DNA of 64,000 nucleotides from Candidatus Aenigmatarchaeota archaeon (GCA_026397315.1 JAPLVC010000001.1:167742-231741); one strand, 5' to 3'; positions 1 to 9,903 are shown, counted from the first letter of the stretch. The notes: generated by a model from the sequence alone, not told the origin. A program made the numbers and translations.

Positions 1-2
1 TG

Positions 3-1313
3 GCGAGCATAATCCTTTGCTACATGTATTATCGCCGCACGGAAAAACAGGATGAAAGAAAACAGATGAGGATCATGATCATTGGCACGTCAATACCGCT
101 TTTCGGCGGCATCGTGACGCAGATTGTCCCGATCATAATGGGCTTCGAAATGATTCCGCTGTCTTCGACGCTCTCGATAATCATAGTGGTGGCCGCCGCG
201 CTCGGCGTCATGCGCTACAGGCTCATGACACCCGTGTCTTTCAGCATCCGCAAGAAGATAATAGTTTCAATCATGGTGGCGAGCATAATACCGCTCCTCA
301 TGCTGAGTCACGTTTCTATATCGAGCATCAGCTCTCTCGGTTTGATGCACACCGAGCACATGGACACCATAAGCAACTTTTCCATAAACGAAACTGTTCA
401 TTCGCTGGAAGCGCTTGGCGCCGAAATGGTAAAGCAGAAGGCATTCGACGTCTCGAACCAGATAGGTATTTTCATCAGTAAGTCGCCCCAGATGACCGAA
501 GAACAGATGAAAAACAACGCTGAGCTTGCATCGATAGCTGTCCAGCGCGTCGACAAAACTGGTTACACTGCCGTGCATAACAACAAAGGCATCAACCTGT
601 TCCATTCCAATCCAAATATCATAGGCTCAGATCTTACGAAGCTGAATTTGACGGGCTTCAGGGAGATAGTGCAAAAAAGCCTGAGTCAGGAGGCGTATGG
701 CTATTACGACTGGAAGGAAAGCGACGGCAGCATAAGGCAAAAATACATGCACTGCGTTCCCGTAAAGATGACAGGCTTGGTAGTGTGCGCAACAACATAC
801 ATAGACGAGTTTTCCGAGCCTTCGGATGCTGCGATGAAAAGACTGAACAATGCCACAAAGCAACACATACTTGATGAAAAAGATGTCCAGGCCGCGCTCC
901 TCGTCACCATAGGCGCGATGCTAATCCCGATGGTGGCGATAATGATAATTATTACGTACCTGCTCACCGGAGCCCTTTCCAAACCCATACTAAAGCTCAC
1001 AGATGCGATGAAAAAGATAAGCGGTGGCAACCTCGACGTGAAAATAGAAGTGAAAGAAGGCGACGAGATAGGCCAGCTTGCTTCATCTTTCAAACAGATG
1101 CTTGAGGAACTGAAAACTTCAAAAATCAAAATAGAAGAGCATAGCAAGACGCTGGAGAAAGATGTCGAGGATAGGACTAGTCAGCTCGAGGATAAAGTGA
1201 GCGAGCTGGAGAGGTTCAGCAAGCTGGTCATAGGCAGGGAGCTTAAGATGGTGGATCTCAAGAAAAAATTAAAGGAAGTTGAGGATAAGCTGAAGAGCAA
1301 GGAGAATAAATAA
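3..1313 (+). CDS. 5'-truncated membrane sensor: multi-TM N-terminus, extracellular Cache-like domain, HAMP, C-terminal coiled coil, no kinase domain
   Basis: Frame is open from the window edge (ASIILCYMYY...). Several TM helices; Cache-like segment (GYT...HSNP...GYYDW...KYMHCVPV); HAMP (PILKLTDAMKKISGGNLD...DEIGQLASSF); ends GRELKMVDLKKKL. Confidence 0.8.
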   Translation, partial: ASIILCYMYYRRTEKQDERKQMRIMIIGTSIPLFGGIVTQIVPIIMGFEMIPLSSTLSIIIVVAAALGVMRYRLMTPVSFSIRKKIIVSIMVASIIPLLMLSHVSISSISSLGLMHTEHMDTISNFSINETVHSLEALGAEMVKQKAFDVSNQIGIFISKSPQMTEEQMKNNAELASIAVQRVDKTGYTAVHNNKGINLFHSNPNIIGSDLTKLNLTGFREIVQKSLSQEAYGYYDWKESDGSIRQKYMHCVPVKMTGLVVCATTYIDEFSEPSDAAMKRLNNATKQHILDEKDVQAALLVTIGAMLIPMVAIMIIITYLLTGALSKPILKLTDAMKKISGGNLDVKIEVKEGDEIGQLASSFKQMLEELKTSKIKIEEHSKTLEKDVEDRTSQLEDKVSELERFSKLVIGRELKMVDLKKKLKEVEDKLKSKENK

Positions 1314-1335
1314 TAATTTTATGGAGGGTGATAAT

Positions 1336-2115
1336 ATGAATAAATTTTTGATTTCGGCGCTGTGCATTTTGCTTGTCATCGGATTTTCGGGATGCACGCA
1401 GACAAACTTGAATGGAAGCGGCTCATCTCTGTTAAAATTGAAAGAGCCGGGCAAACTTATAATAGGCACGAATTTGCCGTACGAACCAATGGAGTTCTAC
1501 GACGCTTCGGGAAATATAGTTGGCATTGACGCGGATGTTGCAAAAGAAATCGCTTCGCAACTTGGGCTGGAGCTGGAAATAAGAAATGTTGACTGGGACA
1601 AGCTGTTCGAACAAGTGAAATCAGGCGATCTGGATATTATAATTTCATCTATATCTATAACAAATGAAAGGCAAAAGGAATATCTTTTTAGTGCGCCATA
1701 TTTCAACGCAGGCCAGGTGGTTATCACCAAAAAGGGCAATACCGACATCAAATTCCCGGAGGACCTCAAAAACAAGAAAGTGAGCGCCCAGAAAGATACA
1801 ACAAGCGCTGAAGAGGCTGCAAAATACTCGAACAGCTCTATAGTGTACGAAAACTCAGATTACGAAAAAACTGTCGCTGACCTTAAAAATGGAAATTTAG
1901 ACGCAATTGTCATGGATTATGTTGCCGGCATCATGCTGGTGAAGAACGACCAGTCACTTAAAATAGCTGTGGAACCTTTCACCCAGGAGTTTTACGGCAT
2001 AGCCACGCAGCTAGGCAACACGGCACTCATGAATGAAGTGAGCAGAGTGCTCAGAAATATGAAGGAGACAGGGAAGCTGGAAGAAATAAAAAATAAGTGG
2101 CTTAGCGAGACGTGA
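1336..2115 (+). CDS. Polar amino-acid ABC-type solute-binding lipoprotein (family 3)
   Basis: Lipobox-like FSGC; motifs YEPMEF, GIDADVA, ISITNER, FSAPYF. SD GGAGGGTGA favours ATG 1336 over 1321. Confidence 0.9.
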   Translation: MNKFLISALCILLVIGFSGCTQTNLNGSGSSLLKLKEPGKLIIGTNLPYEPMEFYDASGNIVGIDADVAKEIASQLGLELEIRNVDWDKLFEQVKSGDLDIIISSISITNERQKEYLFSAPYFNAGQVVITKKGNTDIKFPEDLKNKKVSAQKDTTSAEEAAKYSNSSIVYENSDYEKTVADLKNGNLDAIVMDYVAGIMLVKNDQSLKIAVEPFTQEFYGIATQLGNTALMNEVSRVLRNMKETGKLEEIKNKWLSET

Positions 2116-2170
2116 AATGTTTGGATCTGGCAGTGCTTTGAAAAATAACAAAGATAAGTGGCTCGGGTAA

Positions 2171-3862
2171 ATGAAAATAAACATATCGCTGAAGATAATC
2201 GGGGTAGTTTTTTTGCTTTTTTTACTCGTTTTTATAATCATCGCTTACAACAACATCATAATCTATGAGAACGATGTGACAGGCTACTTCATAGAAAAAG
2301 CTAAAGCTATTGCATATTCCATCGAAGCTGGCATAAAGAACAGGGAAACCCTGAGCAAAAAGGATGAGATGTTGTCCAGCATCCATAAAATCATGTGGCT
2401 TAATTCTGAAATTGTAGATATAACATACGTCACAAGTAGCGAAAGCGGGCTGGTAAATTACATATCAAACGACCCCGAAAGAAACGGTGTCGAGCCCGAA
2501 CCTGAAAATTATGAAGCGTTCGAAAAGGATATCGTGATAAGCAAGATTTACACTCGGGGATATTCAGCCATGCTTAAAATCGTATCACCTCTTCACATCT
2601 CTGGGCAGGTTGTCGGCACCGTGCAGTTGGATTTTACCATGGAAAGCATTAATGGTAAAATAACAGCTGTCAGAAACTCCCTCATCGTGGGTTATCTTAT
2701 GTTAATGATCACTTCCGCTGTTCTGTTGTTCTTTTTGCTGAGAATACTAGTCATAAAACCTATTCAAAAAATAAACAAAGGCGTTGAATCTGTATCGTCT
2801 GGCAAGCTGGACTACAGCGTCGATATAAAATCCAATGACGAGATAGGCAATTTATCAAAAGCTTTCAATAGGATGGTAAACGATCTTAAGCAATCCAACG
2901 ACCAGATAAAAAGGCACGAGCATGATCTCGAAGAAAAGGTAAGCGAAAGGACCAAGGATCTTGACTCCAAAGTGGGCGAGCTCACGGATACGAAGACGGC
3001 GATACTCAACATGATGGAGGACATGGACGATGCCAACAGGAACCTTATGACGATGCAGGACGAGCTCAGGAACAGCCTCAAGGAACTGAAGGAAAGCGAC
3101 ATCAAGAAGGACGAATTCATATCGATAGCGGCGCACGAGCTGAAGACGCCACTGACATCGATACACGGTTTCTCTCAGCTGATGCAGAACAAGGACGTCA
3201 TAGAAAACAAGGAAAGGAGGGGAAAATATCTGGGTATAATGGAGCATGAGACCACGCGCCTGGCAAAGCTCGTGACCGACATCCTCGACCTTTCAAGAAT
3301 TGATCTTGGAACGCTTAAAATGGCGATAGAAGAGGTCGATGTTTCGTCGCTTATAGACGACGTGAGCAAGGAACTCAACATACAGATGAAGTCCCATGGT
3401 CTCGAGTCTGAATACATCATAGAAAAGGACCTGAAAATGATGACGGACATGGAGAGGCTTACACAGATAGTGATAAATCTCATAAACAACTCCATCAAAT
3501 ACACGCCGAAAGGCAAGATAACCGTGAAGGCATGGAAAGACGGCGGCGACTTCCATTTCATGGTCAAGGACACGGGTATAGGCATACCGAAGGACAAGCA
3601 GCACCACATCTTCCAGAGGTTCTATCAGGTCGATTCTTCATACACCAGGTCAGCTGGAGGCGTCGGCCTCGGCCTTTCTCTATGCAAGGAGTTCGTGAAC
3701 GTCCTCGGGGGCAAGATATGGTTCGTGAGCCAGGAAGGCAAGGGAAGCGAGTTCCACGTCACTCTGCCCATGAAGAAAACTGTCGCGCCCGGTATATTTG
3801 ACGTGAAAGCAAAGGCGGCAGAAATCCTCAAGAAGTCTGAAAAAATCACGAAAGGAAAATAA
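2171..3862 (+). CDS. Membrane sensor histidine kinase (2 TM, HAMP, HisKA, HATPase)
   Basis: H-box AAHELKTPLTSI, N-box NLINNSIKYT, G1 DTGIGIP, F-box FQRFYQ, G2 GVGLGL. Confidence 0.95.
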   Translation: MKINISLKIIGVVFLLFLLVFIIIAYNNIIIYENDVTGYFIEKAKAIAYSIEAGIKNRETLSKKDEMLSSIHKIMWLNSEIVDITYVTSSESGLVNYISNDPERNGVEPEPENYEAFEKDIVISKIYTRGYSAMLKIVSPLHISGQVVGTVQLDFTMESINGKITAVRNSLIVGYLMLMITSAVLLFFLLRILVIKPIQKINKGVESVSSGKLDYSVDIKSNDEIGNLSKAFNRMVNDLKQSNDQIKRHEHDLEEKVSERTKDLDSKVGELTDTKTAILNMMEDMDDANRNLMTMQDELRNSLKELKESDIKKDEFISIAAHELKTPLTSIHGFSQLMQNKDVIENKERRGKYLGIMEHETTRLAKLVTDILDLSRIDLGTLKMAIEEVDVSSLIDDVSKELNIQMKSHGLESEYIIEKDLKMMTDMERLTQIVINLINNSIKYTPKGKITVKAWKDGGDFHFMVKDTGIGIPKDKQHHIFQRFYQVDSSYTRSAGGVGLGLSLCKEFVNVLGGKIWFVSQEGKGSEFHVTLPMKKTVAPGIFDVKAKAAEILKKSEKITKGK

Positions 3863-3875
3863 GGAAAAAGACCGG

Positions 3876-4694
3876 TTATTTCTTATCTTGTTTTTTACCC
3901 ATCGCGCTTGCGCCAGCCTGTTGCGCGGCTTCAAAAAGCCTGGTAATGACCACTCTGTTATATATGAAACCGGTAGCCATCAGGATGTAGTCCATGTTCC
4001 AAAGTATGTCTATAATGTTTCCGGTCTCATAACTGCCGAGAATATAAGAATATATTATATCAGCGCACGTGCTCAGCATCAACGCGAAGAATATTACAGA
4101 CCATGGCTTGATGAATTTGCTGTCCCACAGGTAAGTCAGGCCGAAAGCCATTGAAATAAGCAGGAACATGTCTTCTGCAATGTATCCGGCCGAAGCCGCT
4201 TTCTCCAACAAAGGAGTTTCAGTATCTGCTGCAAATGGTGCAATAAGAAATATTGAAACCACCGCTATCGCTATCACAACGGACAGCAATATCCACTTTT
4301 TTCTGCCGAGCTTCGATGACGAAAGCTTGCATATGAAAAACATGCCGGCGATGAAAAACGCGTAGCCCGCATACCAGAAAATATCGGCTATCGACACGAC
4401 TGGCTTGAAGTCAGTAAATATCTCCAGAACTCCCCATGTTATTTCACCCAGAGTCCAGAATGCCGTCCCTACCGCGATGAATAACATCGCTTTTCCCTGC
4501 TCGCTCTTGAAGCCATGTATCTTGAAGGCGAAAAAGCCGGCCAGCGTGGCCATTATCGCCAGCGCGGCCACCCACACGTCTGCGATGACGTAAAATGAGT
4601 CGCCCAACGGCCGGAAGGCGAAAAGCGCCAGATTTATTACCAACAGAGCAACGAGAATCGAAAGCCCGAGATATTTCATATTTTCTAATTTCAT
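3876..4694 (-). CDS. Integral membrane protein (7-8 TM), probable stand-alone membrane sensor domain
   Basis: Hydrophobic throughout; WTLGEITW and SIADIFWYAGY motifs resemble membrane sensor modules; signalling context. Confidence 0.65.
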   Translation of the reverse strand: MKLENMKYLGLSILVALLVINLALFAFRPLGDSFYVIADVWVAALAIMATLAGFFAFKIHGFKSEQGKAMLFIAVGTAFWTLGEITWGVLEIFTDFKPVVSIADIFWYAGYAFFIAGMFFICKLSSSKLGRKKWILLSVVIAIAVVSIFLIAPFAADTETPLLEKAASAGYIAEDMFLLISMAFGLTYLWDSKFIKPWSVIFFALMLSTCADIIYSYILGSYETGNIIDILWNMDYILMATGFIYNRVVITRLFEAAQQAGASAMGKKQDKK

Positions 4695-4712
4695 TTTAAC
4701 AACATCATCATA

Positions 4713-4943
4713 TCATTTGATATATTTCCTGTAAAGCGGATCCATCTTTTTCTTGGCCGCGCACACGCCTATGAACTTCCCGAGAAAGTCGGTACACTCG
4801 TCCAGGAAGTCCTTCGGGTATTTTTCAGGATCATCAAAATTTTTCAGCTGTTCGGATACTACAGAACCTAGCAACTTGTCAAATACTGATTTAGCTTCTT
4901 CTTTCAGTGCCATGGTATCGGCCTGTAATATAAAATGGTTCAT
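4713..4943 (-). CDS. Small helical hypothetical protein coupled to the response regulator
   Basis: ATGA overlap with the receiver gene; alternative start 4913. Confidence 0.55.
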   Translation of the reverse strand: MNHFILQADTMALKEEAKSVFDKLLGSVVSEQLKNFDDPEKYPKDFLDECTDFLGKFIGVCAAKKKMDPLYRKYIK

Positions 4944-5320
4944 CCTATCATTTTCTTGACCCTTTTGACGAGGTCGTCGTTGTCAAAGGGCTTGTTTATG
5001 TAGTCAAGCACTTTCATTTCCTTGAGGATGTCCTTGCCAGCTTCGGAGAACTTGGCCACGGTTAGAAAAGCGATTTTCAGGCCCCTGGTCTTCGGGTCTT
5101 TCCTTATCTTGTCGCACACCTCGCGGCCGCTCATGCCAGGCATCATCATGTCCAGAAGTATGAGATCCGGTGACATTGTTTTGAGCTTATTCAGGCAATC
5201 CTCGCCATCCGATGCTGTGGCCACGTCGTATCCCTCATGCTCGAGCACGGCAGAGACAAGCTCCCTAAGGCTTTCCTCGTCGTCGACTACGAGAATCTTC
5301 TTTTTTGTCATATTTAACAT
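4940..5320 (-). CDS. Single-domain response regulator (CheY-like receiver)
   Basis: ILVVDDE, phosphoacceptor LLDMMMPGMSG, FLTV, YINKPF; start may be 5311. Confidence 0.95.
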   Translation of the reverse strand: MLNMTKKKILVVDDEESLRELVSAVLEHEGYDVATASDGEDCLNKLKTMSPDLILLDMMMPGMSGREVCDKIRKDPKTRGLKIAFLTVAKFSEAGKDILKEMKVLDYINKPFDNDDLVKRVKKMIG

Positions 5321-5376
5321 ATTGCATCATCTCTTTATTAAAATTATTAAATCCTGAGATAGTCCTTAGATGGCGT

Positions 5377-5946
5377 TCACCCGAAATTTATCGTCTTGTC
5401 CGCGAACATGCCCAGATCCTTCATGAGCTTATCGTTCTCCTCCTGCGGTATGGTGTCCTGCTTCAGGAGGATGAAGAGCTTTTTGACGTTCTCTTTCGTA
5501 TCGTCCGACATGATGCTGTGGGTGAAGCTCACGACCGACGACGTCTGCTGGTAAATGAGGAGCGTGGATATCGTGTCGAAAAGTATGACGCTGCAGCTCT
5601 TTTTCTCGACCGCTTCCTTTATCGCCACCCGTATGGCGGCAAGGTCGCGTGGTGAACGCACGAAAAAGCAGTCCTTGCACGGCTCGGGGTCGTGGTAATG
5701 CGACGTGAGCACGTCTATGAAGAAGAAATCCGACAGATTGAACCCCTGCTTCGAAAGCTCCTCTTTGACGTCTTTGACGGGCTTGCTGAGGCACACGTAG
5801 CATATTTTCGTCTTTGTCTTCTCCACGCCATTGATTATCTCTTCCATGCGAGCTGTGTATTCGCTCTCCTCCATCATGATGATGAGGAACCTGTTGCTAG
5901 TGATTTCCTTGATGAGGTCCAGTACCATTATTGTAATTAGCGGCAT
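5377..5946 (-). CDS. Degenerate KaiC/RecA-fold protein without Walker A (DUF835-like)
   Basis: ICYVCLSKP, FFFIDV, Walker-B-like ILFDTISTLLIY, terminal FADKTI; no GxxGxGKT. Confidence 0.7.
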   Translation of the reverse strand: MPLITIMVLDLIKEITSNRFLIIMMEESEYTARMEEIINGVEKTKTKICYVCLSKPVKDVKEELSKQGFNLSDFFFIDVLTSHYHDPEPCKDCFFVRSPRDLAAIRVAIKEAVEKKSCSVILFDTISTLLIYQQTSSVVSFTHSIMSDDTKENVKKLFILLKQDTIPQEENDKLMKDLGMFADKTINFG

Positions 5947-6023
5947 AACTTATAAATTTAATTTTAAAATGTTTAAACATAATAAATGTTTTATAAGCAA
6001 AAGCGATAATAATATATAAACGG

Positions 6024-6821
6024 ATGGAAAAAACACTGCTATCCGTTGCTAAAGAGGCGCTTTCATTCATAAAACCTGAGATATGTTTCTTCTGCGCAGG
6101 CATAGCAGCGTCGGGGTATATCGTTTTCAACGGGATTGATGCAAAACTCCTGCAGCTTTTCATCGCTGCTTTCCTGGGAACAGGTGCAAGCTACGCCTAC
6201 AATTACATGAAAGACGCGAAAGAGGACATGGCAAACGGGAAAAAACTGAACTTTTTCGTCATAAACAGCGGCCGTGGGCGAATTTTTGTCTCGCTTCTAT
6301 ATGTTGTCGGCTTCCTTTTTTCTCTATTGTCTCCGGTCTCTGCGGCTTTTTATGTCGTCATGGCTGTCATGAGCGTGTTTTACTCAAGGAACAGGATAAA
6401 GGAGATTTTTCTCGTGAAGAACGTTTTCACCGGCATGACCATATCGCTTTCATTCCTGCTCGGCGCTGCAGCTGGCGGCTTTTCACCGGCCATGGTACCT
6501 TGCGTCGCCGCCATCTTTTTCCTCGGCTCTGCTGCCAACGCGCTGGGCGACATACGCGGCAGGAAAGGCGACGAGGCGATAGGCATGATCACGCTTCCCA
6601 TAGCGATAGGCGTGGAAAGGACGAAACTTGTCATATATTCGCTCCTTTCGCTCTGCGGCGCCTCGATATTATTGTCCGGCAGCAGGGCATTGTATCCCGT
6701 AATACCTTTTGTCGTGCTCACCATAATGTGTCTCTCTAGGAATAATATTGCCCTCAGCAGGGTGTCTATGCTGTCGTCTTTTGCCCTGCTGCCCCTTTTC
6801 ATTATCGCAGGAATCTGGTAG
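6024..6821 (+). CDS. UbiA-family prenyltransferase (divergent)
   Basis: Multi-TM; Asp-rich motifs NYMKDAKED and DIRGRKGD...TLP; YS...K...KN motif. Confidence 0.85.
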   Translation: MEKTLLSVAKEALSFIKPEICFFCAGIAASGYIVFNGIDAKLLQLFIAAFLGTGASYAYNYMKDAKEDMANGKKLNFFVINSGRGRIFVSLLYVVGFLFSLLSPVSAAFYVVMAVMSVFYSRNRIKEIFLVKNVFTGMTISLSFLLGAAAGGFSPAMVPCVAAIFFLGSAANALGDIRGRKGDEAIGMITLPIAIGVERTKLVIYSLLSLCGASILLSGSRALYPVIPFVVLTIMCLSRNNIALSRVSMLSSFALLPLFIIAGIW

Positions 6822-6829
6822 GTGATGTG

Positions 6830-7882
6830 ATGTGCTGCATAACGTTCAACTGGAAGGAGAACGATGCCGTGGAAAAGGTGGAGCATTTCAGGCGAAAGCG
6901 CACGGTTTCTTGGGCGGTGGTCGAGGTGACCGAGGCGTGCAACCTGAACTGCAAGTGGTGCTACGCCTCTTCCAGCTACAAAAACAAAAATGCCGGGTTC
7001 ATGCGGGAAGACGAAATAATCTTCATCCTCAACAGGCTTTCCGAAGCCGGAGCGAGGCAGGTCACGTATTCGGGCGGCGAGCCGAGCATTTACCCGCACC
7101 TTGATTTTGCCATAAAGGAGGCGAAGGAGCGCGGCATGGTCGTGCACGTGAACACGAACGGCTACATGCTGACGAAAGGCCTCGCTGCGAAATGGGCCGG
7201 GCTCGGAGTTACACAGGTCCAGGTGAATATCGACAGCACGGACGCAGCGAAGCATGACGAAATCCGCGGCAGGGCTGGCTCCTTTTCCCGCGCATTGAAA
7301 GGAATAGGCAACACTGCCGCAGCCGGCATTACGCCGGTTTCGCAAACCGTGCTGACCAGTGAAAACGAAGGAGAGGTAATGCGCATCATATGCTTGGCCA
7401 GAAAAGCGGGCGTCGAGCGCGTCAGGTTGTGGGACATGATGCTTTCGGGCCATGCGCAGGACAGGAGAGACATGCTCCCGGCCAGATATCTTGAAATACT
7501 CAAGGAGGTTTCAGAATACGCCCTGCAGACCGGCGCGAAAAGCATAGAAGCCGGCGAGCCGCTCTTCCCTCTCGGATACGAAACTGGCATGAAAGTGATG
7601 GATTCTTTCTGCGTATGCCTCGCCGGGCTTCTCGCCAATTTCTCGGTCAGCGGCGATGCTTACTTCTGCTGCATGCACAGGAAGCCGCTATACAATGTAT
7701 TCAAAGACGCGGCGGAGGAGCGACTGGACGGGCTTCATGCAAGAAAAATAAGGGAATTCTCGGACCGCTTTAGCCTGCCAGAAAAATGCGTCAAATGCGA
7801 CGTGCTTGGAAAATGCATGGGAGGCTGCATCGCCAGGAGAGGCTTCACGCCAGACGGCAGGGACTACTGGTGCACTGAATAG
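6830..7882 (+). CDS. Radical SAM protein with SPASM domain
   Basis: CNLNCKWC, SGGEP, TNG, HDEIRG; C-terminal CVKC...CMGGC...DYWC; SD AGGTGA. Confidence 0.92.
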   Translation: MCCITFNWKENDAVEKVEHFRRKRTVSWAVVEVTEACNLNCKWCYASSSYKNKNAGFMREDEIIFILNRLSEAGARQVTYSGGEPSIYPHLDFAIKEAKERGMVVHVNTNGYMLTKGLAAKWAGLGVTQVQVNIDSTDAAKHDEIRGRAGSFSRALKGIGNTAAAGITPVSQTVLTSENEGEVMRIICLARKAGVERVRLWDMMLSGHAQDRRDMLPARYLEILKEVSEYALQTGAKSIEAGEPLFPLGYETGMKVMDSFCVCLAGLLANFSVSGDAYFCCMHRKPLYNVFKDAAEERLDGLHARKIREFSDRFSLPEKCVKCDVLGKCMGGCIARRGFTPDGRDYWCTE

Positions 7883-8877
7883 ACGAGCTTCAGCCGCCTG
7901 CCTGCGTAGTCATAACCGGAAAGGAAAAGGCCGGGCTCGAAAATGCGCAGATAGCCGAGTATGGTCTGCGACAAGAAATCCCAGTTATCCTTCTCCAACT
8001 GCAGGCCGCATGCGGGATTTTTTATCAGGACAATGATTTCCTTCGCTTTCATTTCAATGCTGACGATGCCCCAGCCCATGACCTGCAGCAGTGTTTTCAG
8101 CAGCTGCGCTTTTTTGATGTCGTCTGCGTTGCTTTCCACGATGCCGTTGAAAAAGGATTTGGATACGTCCGCCACGCAGCCGGACATTATGCCCTTGTTT
8201 CCTATTAAATGGAATAGCGTACTTTCTATTGGTGAGATGGATTTGCCGCGGAAACTTATGGCATTGCCCTTCATCTCGAAAACTTTTGTTTTAAGCGCGT
8301 CCCTCAGCGTGAAATCGTCTGACGCATCTGTCCTGTTGAGCTTATCGTAAAGCTGCCTGCTCTTGCCCGTGATGGACATGCGCTCGCCCGTCCTCCTGAA
8401 GACGTACCTGCATTCGCCAGTGCTCTGTTCGGCCTCGACCATGGCGAAGCGGAAGCCGTACAGCGAACCGAGTATGCCCCTGTAAAACCCTTTCATCAGG
8501 CTGTTGCTGCCCACAATCCTTGTCAGACCCTCGTTTCTGGTAGTTATCTCGAACAGGCCGGCATCCTCGCGCATGTGAAAATAATCCATCAGATACACGC
8601 TTACCCATATCTTCTTTATTATGACGTTGAGGAAAAATTTCGGCGGCAGCTTCCTGAAGCTGGATGGCAGGAGCGAGCCGAAATAAAGAGCCATCCATCT
8701 TTCGCCAATTTCCTCCATCTCGGCGGCGTAACCGGCGTCTTCGCAGGCCTTGACATAGCCGGCGCCTATCTCCTCGAAGAACAACGTAATCCGTCTCGGG
8801 CGCAGCTTTACCCTGTTAACAATGTCGCCGGCGTGCGTCTTGATGCCGCCTTTCCTCAGAAAATCGGCTATTCTCAT
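7864..8877 (-). CDS. Protein with tandem V4R-like ligand-binding folds
   Basis: GFYRGILG...VEAE...ECRYVF and LQVMGWGIVSIE...IKNP resemble V4R halves; directly downstream of a KaiC-like gene. Confidence 0.55.
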   Translation of the reverse strand: MRIADFLRKGGIKTHAGDIVNRVKLRPRRITLFFEEIGAGYVKACEDAGYAAEMEEIGERWMALYFGSLLPSSFRKLPPKFFLNVIIKKIWVSVYLMDYFHMREDAGLFEITTRNEGLTRIVGSNSLMKGFYRGILGSLYGFRFAMVEAEQSTGECRYVFRRTGERMSITGKSRQLYDKLNRTDASDDFTLRDALKTKVFEMKGNAISFRGKSISPIESTLFHLIGNKGIMSGCVADVSKSFFNGIVESNADDIKKAQLLKTLLQVMGWGIVSIEMKAKEIIVLIKNPACGLQLEKDNWDFLSQTILGYLRIFEPGLFLSGYDYAGRRLKLVYSVHQ

Positions 8878-8888
8878 GGTCGGTTCTT

Positions 8889-9557
8889 CTATATTATTTT
8901 TGTGTCTGTCATCCTGATTTCTTTGGGGTCTATGACAATCTCATGGGGCACTTTCGGGTCGAAGCGCGCGTATCTCATCTTGTGGATGGTCATGATTCTC
9001 TGGGGCTTTTCCTCAAGCTCCAGGAACGAGAGCGAAAGCACGCCGTCGCACTCGAATGATTCTCCGTTGCCCGTGTCTATGTGCTCGCCTCTCGTCTCGC
9101 AGATAAGGAGCGTGCACCCCATCTGCTTGAGGCTTTTCACGAGCTCGTACAGGTGTATCCTGTAGGAGCGCTCGTTCTCAGCGAAGATGAGCAGCTTGTT
9201 GACGTTATCGATAACGAGACGGTCCAGCTTTGGATAGGAAGCGATTATGTCTATGAACTTCTTCATGGTGATGTTCTCGCCGAGCGGTATGTGCTCTATG
9301 GCGAAATTCTTGCCGACGTATTTCTCCATGGTGCTGAGCGTTTCGATGCCTTTGCTAGCGCGGAGAAGTTCTTCTTTCGTCTCGTTAAGCGAGACGTAGC
9401 AGCACCTTTCCTTTTTGAGGATGCCTTCCATGAGGAAATTCATGGCGAAGAGCGTCTTGCCGGAGCCAGGCCCGCCTGAAACAAGGACCGTCGTTTTCCC
9501 CGGGAAGCCGCCGCCAAGCAGCTTGTCCAGCTTCTTAATGCCAGTGCTCATCGTCAT
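8889..9557 (-). CDS. Single-domain KaiC/RAD55-like ATPase
   Basis: STGIKKLDKLLGGG, Walker A GGPGSGKT, LVIDNV, FECDG, HKMR. Confidence 0.92.
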   Translation of the reverse strand: MTMSTGIKKLDKLLGGGFPGKTTVLVSGGPGSGKTLFAMNFLMEGILKKERCCYVSLNETKEELLRASKGIETLSTMEKYVGKNFAIEHIPLGENITMKKFIDIIASYPKLDRLVIDNVNKLLIFAENERSYRIHLYELVKSLKQMGCTLLICETRGEHIDTGNGESFECDGVLSLSFLELEEKPQRIMTIHKMRYARFDPKVPHEIVIDPKEIRMTDTKII

Positions 9558-9561
9558 AGTC

Positions 9562-9903
9562 TCACTCCTTAGCCTCCATGTCCTTGAAAACAGGTATGCC
9601 GAAAGCCGACTTCTTGATCTTTATGAGAAGGTACGTGTTGTCGTTGATGCTGAACATCCTGGCCGGGACCTTTTTCTCGAGGATCCTTATATCGAATTTC
9701 TCGAGTATCTTTTTGGGCAGCATGACCCTGTTGCTGTTGCCCAGCTTCCCCGTGGTCAGCAAATAGCTCATGAAAGTGTGGCTGGTGGGCACTAAAATCA
9801 GGTCGGAAGTGTTGTTGCTGAGCGTTTCGTATTCGGCCTTGGATATCTTGAGGTTTACCAGAACCTTGTCTCTCTTGACGTCTATTGTTTGTATCTCGGC
9901 CAT
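9562..9903 (-). CDS. Hypothetical protein with AbrB/SpoVT-like beta-hairpin motif
   Basis: GKLGNSNRVMLPKKIL resembles the AbrB-type GNSxxVxLPK motif; first gene of the KaiC-V4R unit. Confidence 0.55.
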   Translation of the reverse strand: MAEIQTIDVKRDKVLVNLKISKAEYETLSNNTSDLILVPTSHTFMSYLLTTGKLGNSNRVMLPKKILEKFDIRILEKKVPARMFSINDNTYLLIKIKKSAFGIPVFKDMEAKE

